Shown here: one piece after another, positions 1-17,158 of the stretch
Position numbering within the stretch: position 1 is the stretch's first letter
How the letters are laid out: each line of letters begins with the position of its first letter
Source: the human T2T-CHM13v2.0 reference genome, Homo sapiens
DNA length: 64,000 nucleotides
NCBI RefSeq assembly: GCF_009914755.1
Contig: NC_060938.1
Strand: one strand, 5' to 3'
Made by a program: the position numbers and the translations under genes
Notes under the pieces: generated by a model
What the model was told of the DNA's origin: nothing
Database searches by the model: none
The model's input: only the letters and a program-made list of their open reading frames with translations

Positions 1-82
1 CAGATACTTTGGTAGCTGAAGTGGCAAAACCCTTGAGCCCATGAGTTCTAGGCCAGCCAAGAGAACATAGTGAGACCCTGTC

Positions 83-116
<34 letters not shown>

Positions 117-622
117 AAACCAAAAAAAAAACACCAAAAAGTATAGCACTTATAAGGGGTTTTAACAGCATGGGAAGTACTTTTATTATAATGTAAAGTG
201 CAAAAATCAGGATATAAAGTTTACATATAGTATCACAGCTATTTTTTCTAAAGTGTACATAGGAAAATAATTTGAAAGACAAATACAGTGATGTTTACAG
301 AAGGTAACTGTGGTTAATGGGAATAAACTTGTTTAATGCCCAGCATTAAGGGGCAAGGGTGGAGTCTGGGTGAAACCAGAAAGAACTGGTAAAAGGTGAA
401 AGGTTCAAAAACTGGAGGTCAAGATAAAGTTTAGTACAAGTTCAGTAAAGCCAGGAGTATAGGTGATTTCTGAGAGAATTAGATATTAAAAGGTCTTTTT
501 CTGGTAATTTTTTGCTACCAAAATAGAATTAAAACTATTTTTGAGATGCTTTAATACTCCCTGCCAAAAGCTGCAATAGGATGCATTAGGTCAGAGGATT
601 AAACAAGAGTAAATTTTTGTAA

Positions 623-929
<307 letters not shown>

Positions 930-993
930 TAATTTTTGCAATCTTTTTATGAAAAATATGCAGGGATTCAAATAGAAAGACTAAGAGATAATA

Positions 994-1336
994 GGCTGTG
1001 TGTAGTGGCTCACGCCTGTAATCTCAGCACTTTGAGAGGCCAAGGTAGGCAGATCATTTGAGCTTGACGGTTCGAGCTCAGCCTGGGTAACATGGCAAAA
1101 AATAAAAAAATAAAGTAAAATAAAATAAAGATAAATAAAATAAAAATAAAATTAGCTGGGTGTGGTGGCACATGCCTATAGTCCCAGCTACTTGGGAGGC
1201 TGAGGTGGGAAAATCACCTGAGATGGGGAAGGTCGGCTGCAGTGAGCCATGATCATGCCACTGCATTCCAGCCTGAGCAACAGAGTGAGAACCTGTCTCA
1301 AAAACAAAAACAAAAACAAAAACAAAAACAAAAAAA
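994..1336 (+). mobile_element. AluJ-like
   Basis: Dimeric Alu with expanded linker and (CAAAAA)n tail. Confidence 0.85.
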
Positions 1337-2078
1337 GATTGAAACAGTAAATAACACTATGTAAATTTCCAACCATTATTAATATTAAATGTGAAACTTG
1401 CTTTTTTATAATGTTTTAATTTACTATAACTCTAAGGAATTAAATAAATTTTTAGGTATTAACTGCAAAGGTTGAAAATTCAGTTCCATGTTCCTGAGAG
1501 TCATCAATCAGGTGCTTTAAATAGACTGCTTCACATTTTGTAACGTTAACTCACAACTCTTTCAAAATTTATGAATTCTATTTTCTTTTACTCTAAACCA
1601 CTTTTTCTTCGTTCATTGTTTCGTCCCATCAAAACTTACCCTAATGAAAATCTTTTACTTTTAAGAGAGACCTAAAGAGGACTTTCATGTTAATTGGTAT
1701 GTCCTATAGTCTGCTTTCAGATGCACAATCTTCTATAGCAAAACTTAATCTCTGCCTGACTGCTGAAGATTTCTGAAAATGCCACATTCACATATGCACA
1801 CACCACCACCCTCATCAACATTACCACCTCCACCAGTTGTTGTATGTATCTGGCCTATATACTAATATCTGTTTGCTAAACAGAAATTAATCACAAAGTA
1901 AATCTAACATAAAATGTATTCCATACTGTAGAATTATTTCTGGATTACTCACTATGTTAGCTGTATTAATACATCATCTTTTAATATATCTAATCAGAAG
2001 TTGACTATAATTGGTTTTGTTTTTATTCCATTATATCCTTTTGATACTGACTACTGTATAATCAATCATGGACGTTAA

Positions 2079-2780
<702 letters not shown>

Positions 2781-3758
2781 TGAAGGAGGTAATAGGTTTT
2801 TCACAAAATTTGATAATAAATAACGTGTACCTGAGGCATAATAGACTTACCTTTAATTTTATTTTGCCATTTGATAATTGGCAAAGTTTACAAAGAAATA
2901 TACTGACAAGGTTTTTAGTTCACCACATCTAGATTTGATTGTGTCTATGAGCTCCAAATAAATATATAGGAAGCATAATTTCCTGTCAATGCATTCAGTT
3001 TTTTTAAAGTTTTATAGTCATGTTGAATGTGAAGTGATCCGGGACAATTGAGGTCATCATTGTTGAAGAATTTTGAACATTTGATTCATGCTCTCATTTA
3101 GTTCTTTAACTGATTATGTGCAACTTCAAAATTGTATCCTGGCACCTTTGTTCCTTAACTATCATATGGGGTTTATGAGAAAGGACTTGGAAACTATGAA
3201 GTACTATACATATATAAAGTATTATTTACTGGTTTTAACTAAGAGACCTAGTGTAAGAAAATACCCTAAGGGAACTATGACATAGGTTGCCATGTTATTT
3301 ACATTGACATTTAGGCTGCAGAATATGGATAATAGATTTGCCTCAGTAAGAACAGTGTAGTAGAATGCTTGCTTGTTCAGTGACCTTCAACTGGCACTTA
3401 TTGTCTAGTACTCAAACAAAGATAGCATAGTTTGAGGGGTTACGCTGCTCCGTCAGATCATTGTTTTTGTCATTTGTATTCTCTCCTTCCTTGTTGCCAG
3501 AGTCTGCTGTAGGATGGTAAGGAACAGTAAAGGGTTGGGGTGAAGTAGTAAGAAAAAACAATTAGCATTTCTCTTCTGGAATGAAAAGTACTGTTGGTGT
3601 ACCCGACTAAATATGGATGTTTATCTGTATCATTATATATTTGATAAATTAAAATTTATTCTAACCTGAATTTCATAATTGGATCTAAGTTATTTTGTCA
3701 TATTTATTACCAGGAAGAATTAACACAAATTTGCTAATTTATGATTCTGTTCTTATAG

Positions 3759-3915
3759 TTTTCAACATATGATTTCATCCCATCTGCAAAATTAAAGCTT
3801 TCTCAAGGAATGCCAGTCAATGATGATTTATGTTTTAGCAGAAAAAGAGTATCAAGAAACTTATTTCAGAATAGTCGGGATTTTAACCCAGATTGTCTTC
3901 CTTTATGTGCTGCTG
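3759..3915 (+). CDS. TOGARAM1: TOGARAM1 internal coding exon (likely exon 2), 157 nt, phase 0->1
   Basis: ttcttatag|TTT acceptor and GCTG|gtaagt donor; translates FSTYDFIPSAKLKLSQGMPVNDDLCFSRKRVSRNLFQNSRDFNPDCLPLCAA; phase fits the next exon. Confidence 0.92.
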
Positions 3916-4638
3916 GTAAGTACAAGTTGCTGATGATGGTCATGTTGAACTAACAGACTTCTCTTAACTTCATAGTGCATTCAATGACTCATAGAACTTT
4001 AATCTAGTAGGCAGTTCAGATTCAATAAGTTATTTATTGAAGATCTGATAAGAATGGACACTTAGACATTATTATCTCATAAAACCCTGGAGGGTTTCTC
4101 ACTGAAATCGTTTAAGTATTAATATAGGGCAATATTTGCTTAATACATCACCCATATTTATTAAGGTGCTTTTCTAAGTCCTGGAGGTCTGCCTAATAGA
4201 GCTTGCATTCTACTTAGGAACGAGAACAGACATTAAATAAATACAAGACATAGTAAGTTATCTGGTGATAAATGCTATGAAGGAAAACAAAGCGAAAGAA
4301 GGCCATATTCAGGAAAGAATATTTGAAGCAAACCACTGTATATCAGGAGAAGAGAATAAATAGTTTCAGGAAGAGGGAACAGTCAGCACAAGTAACTAAG
4401 AGAGAAGTGTGTGGGGAACATGTTTGAGAAATACCAAAGAGACCAGTATGTCTGGAATGAAATAAGAGAGGGGAAAATAAGTAGAAAATTAAAGACATAA
4501 TAGGGGTGCTTATTTAAGGCCTAGTGGACTTATAAGTGAACTTTACTTTTTACTCTGAATGAGGAGCATTTTGAAGAAAGAATTGACATCACTTGTTTCC
4601 AGGCTCATTTTGGATTTTATTTTTAAAATAGATGAAAG

Positions 4639-5023
4639 TGTATTAGTCTGTTTTCACACTGCCATAAAGACATACCTGAGACTGGGTAATTTATGAAGAA
4701 AAGAGGTTTAATTGGCTCATGGTTCTATGGGCTGCACAGGCTTCTGCTTCTGGGGAAACCTCAAGAAATTTACAATCATGGCGTAAGGCGAAGGTGAAAC
4801 AAGCACGTCTTACATGGTGGGAGCAAGGGGAAGAGAGTGAAGAGGAAGTACAACACGCTTTTAACGATCAGATCTTGTGAGAACTCTATCATGAGAACAG
4901 CTCCAAAAGGAGAAATCTGCCACATGATCCAGTCACCTCCCACCAGGCCTCACCTACCTCCAACATTGGGGATTACCAATTCGACATGAGATTTGGGTGG
5001 GGACACAAAGCCAAACTGTATCA
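4639..5023 (-). mobile_element. MaLR solo LTR (MSTA/THE1D-like)
   Basis: TGTATTAGTCTG...CCAAACTGTATCA termini; 5-bp TSD gaaag/gagag. Confidence 0.88.
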
Positions 5024-5055
5024 GAGAGCAAGGTCAAAAACAGGAAGACTGATTA

Positions 5056-5445
<390 letters not shown>

Positions 5446-5740
5446 GGTGATTGGATTCTGATTATATGTCAGCGGTAAAGTTGATATAGTTTGCTGGTAG
5501 ATTGGGTATAGAATGTGAGAAAGAAGTGTCAATAATGCTGTAAGGATTTTTGGCCAGAGCAACTGAGAACATGGACTAAGTGTTACAAAAGTAAATATTA
5601 CGGTACTTTAGAGGAAATGGTCATTGTCATTGACCATAACATTTAGAAGAAAAAGGAGAGCATAGGAAGAAACTGCCTTTGTGGATATTCTTCAACATAC
5701 CCATCTTTATAAATGACCATATCATTTAGAAAGAGGTTGA

Positions 5741-5835
5741 GGCCGGGCGCTGTGTCTCATGCCGAGATCACACCACTACACTCCAGTCTGGGCTACAAGA
5801 GTGAGACTCCGTCTCAAAAAAAAAAAAGAAGAAGA
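5741..5835 (+). mobile_element. Internally collapsed Alu with 13-bp TSD
   Basis: Alu 5' end joined directly to Alu 3' end; AGAAAGAGGTTGA at 5728-5740 and 5836-5848. Confidence 0.85.
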
Positions 5836-6348
5836 AGAAAGAGGTTGAGGAGGTTGAGCTTGAGTTCTAAATGATAGTTTAGGATTTCAAGATATAGCAC
5901 CCAGGTAATAAGAAAAATTGTAGTGTGTTGACAAAGTGATACCTATTAGAAGGGAAAATGGTTTAGAAGGTAAAGATTTGACTATGTTATAGATTTAAAA
6001 ATGTATTTAACATCTAAATGATAACAGTTTTCAAAATTTGTTGGGTTTGATTTTAGATATATTATTCAGTAAACATTGTTCCCTAGGAGAATTTATAGAC
6101 CTTTATGCAGTGAAATTCTATAGTATTTTCATACAAAAATGAAGTGGCATAATGACTGCATAGTTTATTTTATTGTTTAATAGAGAAGGAGAAATGCAAG
6201 AATATGTCCAGTTATGTTTGTGGCAGTTTTGATTTTGATTTTGATTTCTCTGTACCATTGAGGAGCTCATTTCCTAATTGTACAGATTCTAAACAACTGG
6301 AAAATAAGACAATATGTAAGCTAATGCTTGATTGGATGATATGAATTA

Positions 6349-6670
<322 letters not shown>

Positions 6671-7375
6671 GATATCCAGAATATGAAAGATAAAGAGGCT
6701 TGATATGATAGGGAGAGAATTTTTTTTTAATCATACAGTTTGAGAACTACAAAGGATGGGCTCATTTAATAGATGGATAAACTAAACGCCAGAGGAGTCA
6801 TTACCACCTTTTTTTCTTTAGACTTATTCATCTTCCCAGGAATAACCTTAACCAGACACAGGAGGGGAAACAGGAAACATATCTGGATATGCTTAGAATC
6901 TGCGTGAATACTGTGAAGTATATTAGAAAAGAAAATAAAAGAGGTTGCAGCGGTTGCAGTGAGCCAAGATCACACCACTGCACAAAAAAAGTAAAGTAGA
7001 AAGGAAAAGAGTTTGGTAATAGAGCTTTTTGGGTAATGCGTATACTACAAATACTGGGAAGAAAGCAAGCCAGGTCTGGAGAAACGTTCCATGCTGAGAG
7101 AAAGAGTGTAGGAAGAAACTGCTTTTGCAGATATTCTTCAACATACCTGTCTTTTCCCTGTTCTTTACTAGTCTGTCTTCTGTCCTTTAATTCCTGCCAC
7201 TAATCTGATTTTCTAGTATCAAAAGCTGTATCCCTTTCTTGCCTGCCTACCTCACTGTACTTAAACACTTATATTTATTTCCACCTAAATTACACCAACA
7301 TTTATGAAATAAAATGTATTCATGAAATAAAGTTAACTTTTGCTTTTATGTTTTCTCCCTTCCTTTCTTCAAAAG

Positions 7376-7510
7376 GTACTACTGGGACTCATCAAACAAA
7401 TCTTTCTGGGAAATGTGCACAACTTGGATTTTCACAAATATGTGGTAAAACTGGCAGTGTGGGTTCTGACTTACAATTCCTAGGGACAACTAGCAGTCAT
7501 CAAGAAAAAG
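7376..7510 (+). CDS. TOGARAM1: TOGARAM1 coding exon (likely exon 3), 135 nt, phase 1->1
   Basis: Pyrimidine tract + aaaag| acceptor, AAAG|gtataa donor; GTTGTHQTNLSGKCAQLG...SSHQEK within ORF 7348..7641. Confidence 0.92.
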
Positions 7511-7749
7511 GTATAAGTTCCAAATTTACTTGGAAACAAATGACTTATAAATATTATGTGGGGATTCCAATACTAACTTATATGATATTTTGTGTACTCA
7601 TACTCATCACAAAAAATAAAAGGATTTTGTTATATTTTTAATAACTTTTTTCATAATTGTTACCCTAAAGTATTAGTTTTCATAATCTTTATATAAATAC
7701 AACTGATTAAAATTAGAGTTTAGATACTCATGGTGGAGATGAGTATTGC

Positions 7750-9686
<1,937 letters not shown>

Positions 9687-10708
9687 AGATGAGCATTTTA
9701 ATACCAAGTCATTGAAAATAACATTATCCATTAAAGAGTGTTGTGTTAGCAGATGACAATTATTTTCCGTAACAGTTTTAAATTTTAAGACAATTTAGAA
9801 TGTATTATGTCTCTTATTAGGAACCGTAACTTCCTAAAAGCTACCCTTTCAGATAAGACATAAGATACAGAAGAGGAAAGATTGGAGACCGGTTATCAGT
9901 CAGGAATTTGGGGGTTGAAGGTGTTCTTAAATGTCCATGCTAATTAACAGCTTTAACAATTATTAGATAGAGGTAGGATCAAATTAAGTATTTCTTTAGG
10001 TATTTTAAATTTTATTGTATGTCCTTTACTAAAATTTGAGTGATAGGGATATACTTATTTATTTATGAAAAAATAATGATTTGAAATTAGTAGAGAAGAT
10101 TTCGTGTATTTAGCACTAACATTTTAACTACCCTTTTTTGCACTCACCCCAAAGACCCACATAACTCCTTAAAGATATCCTTTGTGGTATTATCTGCATC
10201 ACAAAATAATCCATCTTTCTTAATAATGTGGGTATTTCCTAAATTTTGACTCCTGAGTATCTTTGGGACTCATAATTGGTATAATCAGAGAGAGCTTGCT
10301 GTGCCACTTAACCTGTTCCTGTTTAGGCTATCCCTGAATAATTACATTGCCTTTGAGGACTATCCACTCTTAGTGTTTAGTCATATTGCACAGTGGCTCT
10401 CTGGTTTTCTATTGGAATAGTTATTAGAGAAGCTGGTATAAAGGGATACCACGTTTTTCTAGAATTTAACTTAATACTTGGTTATACATTAAAACCACTA
10501 CCATCTCAATTAATATTCCCCTTGTGATCTTTGAAGGACCTATGGTATGGATGCAAAACAATATAGATGTTTGCATCCCAATTTACATATTGTAGTGATC
10601 CACACCAGGTGTTGGAAATTTTGGTGTATGTTGCATTGCATTGTTTTTATGTATATGCATAGTATGATAGGATGTTTGATTTCTTCATAAGAAATATTTT
10701 TAAATCTC

Positions 10709-11056
<348 letters not shown>

Positions 11057-11329
11057 TCAGAACCTGTTAATAGAGCACTGTAATTGAAATGAGGAAACTG
11101 AAAGTTTTAATTCTATATGTAAATCTGTGACTAAATCTCCTATATCTCTCTACCTAGATAAGATTTTGGTATAAGTAGAGATTTTAACCATGTCAGATAT
11201 GAATTAAAAAAATAAAGGATATATAATATATACAGTTGTTTAAGTCCTCAGAAGAATGTTTGCTTTATTAATATACGTACGCTAGGTATTTTGTCACGGA
11301 AAACATTTTTTAAAATATTAAAGGAAAAC

Positions 11330-12030
11330 TTAAGGGAACCCCTAAAAGATTACAAATAGACTTTTTATATTCGTTGAAGAATAAAAAGATCAATAAAAGG
11401 CAAGGAAGAAGTAATAAAGAAAAAAATAATAAATAGTACAAAATAAGATGGTAGAATTAAAATCAAATGTATGAATAGTTTCCGTAAGTATAAATTGGCA
11501 GAACTTACAACTTAAATGACAGAGGTGATCAGATCTTGTTTTTTTAGTTTTTCATTGAAGTGATCTTTTTAAGAGCATTACCTAAAATACATCAAGATAG
11601 GTTGAGAGAAAGTAAAGCATGGAAAAGATACACTAGGCAAATGTTCAGAGAAAAGCAAATAGAAACATGTTGATGATAGGGAAAATATGCACACCAAAAC
11701 TAAAAACATTTTTAGTTCTAGAGAGGATCATTGTAATGAGAAAAAGAATAATTCACTAAAGAAACAAGACTTCTCTGACATGTGTGTATATGTATACATA
11801 TACATGCATGTATGTATGTAATTGATAAAATTACAAGGAGAAAGTTAATTTATAAATGTTAGTACAATATTTTAATGGGATAAAGAAGTTTTGAATTAGA
11901 AGATACAGAATATTTGAATAACACAAATTAAATTAGTCCTTTACCTCATACCATACAAAAATATACATGCCAATTGGGATGAAAACCTGAATGGGAAAAG
12001 CAAAAAGCAAAAAAGCTTTTAACTGTTAAA
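11330..12030 (+). mobile_element. Old L1 (L1ME-like) ORF2 fragments
   Basis: A-rich degenerate endonuclease-region motifs; ends just before exon 4. Confidence 0.5.
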
Positions 12031-12073
12031 CTGTGTATACATAAATAATATATTATCTTTTGTTTTATTACAG

Positions 12074-12379
12074 TGTATGCTAGCCTCAATTTTGGCAGTA
12101 AGACACAGCAAACATTTGGTAGTCAAACAGAGTGTACTTCCTCAAATGGTCAAAATCCAAGTCCAGGAGCTTACATCCTTCCATCCTATCCTGTCTCATC
12201 ACCTCGAACTAGTCCAAAGCATACATCTCCTCTTATTATATCTCCAAAGAAGTCTCAAGATAATTCTGTTAATTTCTCAAATTCCTGGCCTCTTAAAAGC
12301 TTCGAAGGACTATCAAAGCCAAGTCCACAGAAGAAGCTTGTCAGCCAAAAATCGTCTGATCCTACGGGTAGAAATCATG
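12074..12379 (+). CDS. TOGARAM1: TOGARAM1 coding exon (likely exon 4), 306 nt, phase 1->1, Ser/Pro-rich linker
   Basis: ttattacag|TG acceptor, CATG|gtaaaa donor; VYASLNFGSK...DPTGRNH. Confidence 0.92.
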
Positions 12380-12622
12380 GTAAAAGTCAATACTTTGTTC
12401 AAATTTATTTGTGTTTGAATTAGTACTTTGAAGTTAATGCATAGGGCTGTTAGATCTTTAAAAGCTAGTAAACTACATTTTATCTGTCTGAATTTAGTAA
12501 ATATTTAGGAAAATATTTAATAGTGTGTTAAATAAATCAAATGTATAAAATTCAATTGAAATTCTCATTTCTTACATTGTCACTTAAAAATCCTTTTCAG
12601 AACCAGGAAAATAATGATGCTT

Positions 12623-13683
<1,061 letters not shown>

Positions 13684-14020
13684 TCATGATTTTCTTTCCC
13701 CAGCCATTGATGTAAGATGTTTCACCTTTAAACTACCCTACAAGTCCAGTGTTCAATTTATGGCATATTCAGTCAATTTTATCACTTTCTCTTAGCACTA
13801 TACTTTGATTCTCTTCTATTAATTCCTTTCTGTATTTGTTTATTGTACAAGATCAAATATTGTATCGAAAGCCGAGGCTTTATTCAGCTTGTTCTCCCCA
13901 GTGACCAGCTATAATGTGCTTTTTTTATTTTAAAACATTGTATTTTAAGCACTTGTGACTATAACTCCCTCTTCTCTAAAATTAGAAAAAGAAAAAGTAA
14001 AATATCTATTTTTCATGCAG

Positions 14021-14280
14021 GAGAAAATTCTCAAGAAAAACCTCCAGTTCAGCTTACACCTGCCTTGGTGAGATCGCCATCTTCCCGACGAGGTCTAAAT
14101 GGGACAAAGCCTGTTCCTCCCATACCAAGGGGAATAAGCCTTTTGCCTGATAAAGCTGATTTAAGCACAGTGGGACACAAAAAGAAAGAGCCTGATGATA
14201 TTTGGAAGTGTGAAAAAGATAGTCTTCCAATTGATCTTTCAGAATTAAATTTCAAGGATAAAGATTTGGATCAAGAAGAG
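14021..14280 (+). CDS. TOGARAM1: TOGARAM1 coding exon (likely exon 5), 260 nt, phase 1->0
   Basis: tttcatgcag|GA acceptor, GAG|gttaga donor; GENSQEKPPVQLTPALVRSPSSRR...DLDQEE. Confidence 0.92.
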
Positions 14281-16231
14281 GTTAGAACCAAATATTTTTA
14301 ATGACTTAAAAATATTTGCAATTTTCTATAATATAGTTGCTATTTAAGGAAAAATCAAGTTCTTTTTATCCTATAATATCTTATTTCTAAAAATATGTTC
14401 ATTATAGAAAATGTGGAAAATACCATGAATTAGTAGGAAGGGAATTTATCACGCCAGTTCCCACTACCAGAATAATTTACTGTTAACACTCTACTGTATT
14501 TTCTTCAAGTATTTTTTCTATGCATACATTATTCCTTTTTAAATTAAAAGTATGAATAATAATATAGCAATACACTCATGTACTGACCCTTCCAGTGAAC
14601 AGTTTGTCATATTTGTTTCCTATATTTAAATAAATGAAACATAGCATAGTTCTCTCCCCAGTTCAACATCTCTTCCTTCTTCACCAGAGGCAATCACTAT
14701 TACCATTTATATATGTCTTATGTATTTTTGTACTTTTTATATTAATATTATTTTTGTGTATTTACTTACGGTGTGTTTATACCATTGATTTTGGCTTATG
14801 ATCAGTCTTTTGCAATTGCATACAGTGAACTGCAATGAACATATTTGAACCTGTCCTTTGTGTTTCTGTGCAAGCTTACTTATCTTTATGAAATTGAGAT
14901 CATATTGTACACTCATCTTTGAATCCTAGATCACTTTGTGCTATAAAAATGTTACCAGTATGATAACTGTACATAATTATTATATCAGACAAGGAATGCG
15001 GTTGCTGTATTACTTTGGTTTCAGAGTACTATTTCCATAGATGCCTCCTTTTTATCATTTCAGTTTGCTTCAAGTCAGGTTAAAAAAAAAGTTTTATATT
15101 ACATATATAAATGCAAATACTTAATTATGATATTTTATGGTCTTAGTCTGTTTTTAAGGTATAAGCATCAATCATGTAATGATAATTTGCTCAATAAAAT
15201 AGAGTTAATATTACTGTATATTCATTTTTAACATATGTCTTTATGTTAAACACATGTAAAACTAACCTATAAAGTACCAAAGTTGGTTGTTAATGATTTA
15301 AAGTAATCACCCCAACTTCTGCTTGTGAAATCTTTCCTTTTTTTTTTTTCCCAACTCATTTGTATTTTACTAGTGCTAGGAAGGGAATTCATTTGAAGGG
15401 AAGAAACATATAGAAAAGACATTTTCCTACATAACTTATAAATTTCACCTGATCCTACATAATTTTGCTTTGTTTTTATAATAACTTAAATATAGTTCTT
15501 TTTTTAGTGGGTAATTGAAAGGTGAGTTTCTGTTATATAATTATTAGTAAATACAGGAGGATACCATTGCTTTTAGATATTCAACTTTTCACGCTTTTAA
15601 TAGAGAAGTGGCCCTAGTATTAAATCAACTAGTAGAGTTGTTGAAAATTACTTATCCTCCCTTATAGTTGCTAATATGACACTTCCTATTTATTATTTTG
15701 AATGGGTCACTGTTTATATTCTTTGGTGTGAGTTGACTTTTGACAAAAGCATAAGTTTTCATGTGCTTAATGTGCTTAATAATGTATCAAACACTTTCAT
15801 TTTCATTAGTTCATTTAATCTTTACAGTAACTCCCTGAGTTAAGAAGCAAGTCAACATCTATTATGTTTTTTGTTTGTGTGTGTGTTTGTTTTTACAGAA
15901 GAGGCTCAGTGATGTTATGTGTCTTGCTCAGGGTCAGAAAGTATGTGGTAGGACTAGGATTCAAGCACTGTTCACCTAACTTTATGTTCATTAAGTTTTT
16001 CACTGTACTACACTGCCCTAAATCCATTAAAGGGTTTTTTGTTGTTGTTGAGTTTGCCTTCCAACTATGAAGACTTAAGAAATTTATGGATGTTTGCTTT
16101 AACTGAAAACAGATACTTTCATTAAATGATTAATCTTATGAATCAAATGTAAACAAAACAGTTTATGTATGTTTCTATTTTCCTTAATTTGTTCAAAGTT
16201 TTGTTGCTAGTCTTAATATATTTTGCCATAA

Positions 16232-16423
<192 letters not shown>

Positions 16424-16925
16424 TAAAAATATTTGGCTTCAGAAGTTACGTACAGTGATCTGTAATTTTAATACTTGCAAGCTTGATGTAAACATCAAAT
16501 TTTTGAAAACTGATTTTCATGAATCACCTCCCAGAGCTAGCTTCTAAGCCACATTAGCACACCAGGTGTACCTCTGTGACATCAACTCTGATATCTACCA
16601 TCTGATTCAATGATTCATTTATTAAATAATTGAATTAATGCCATATATTTAGTCATTGTGCCCAGTGCTGAAGATACCATGATGAACAATAGCTGAGATT
16701 CTTCCTCTCAAGGAGCTTTCAACCCAGTAGGTTGTTTATAAATACCCAAGTGATAAAAATCTGTGTATTGATACTATATACATATATATTAGTATTCATC
16801 TTGTTTTAGTACAGGATTGGGAAGTGGTTAGCTAGGTATAGCTAATGGAGTTTAAAATTTAAGGATAACTTTTACCAATATAAGGAATTTATGTTATAAA
16901 GTTTATTGTTTTCATTTTTTCTTAG

Positions 16926-17158
16926 ATGCATAGCTCTCTTAGGTCCCTTCGTAATAGTGCAGCTAAGAAAAGAGCAAAACTGAGTGGCAGTACTTCAGAT
17001 CTTGAAAGCCCTGATTCTGCAATGAAGCTCGACTTGACGATGGACTCCCCGTCTCTGTCTTCCTCACCAAACATCAATTCTTACAGTGAAAGTGGAGTTT
17101 ACAGCCAAGAATCATTGACTTCTTCTCTGTCTACAACTCCCCAGGGGAAGAGAATAAT
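16926..17158 (+). CDS. TOGARAM1: TOGARAM1 coding exon (likely exon 6), 233 nt, phase 0->2
   Basis: ttttcttag|ATG acceptor; MHSSLRSLRNSAAKKRAKL...QGKRI; weak donor AAT|gtattt is required for frame with the next exon. Confidence 0.88.

Noticed and set aside
85-282. Hydrophobic membrane-like 65-aa ORF
   Set aside because: Derived from an Alu-type poly(A) tail and AT-rich flank
11778-11820. 20-bp palindrome TGTATATGTATACATATACA
   Set aside because: Expected by chance in a TA/TG/CA microsatellite
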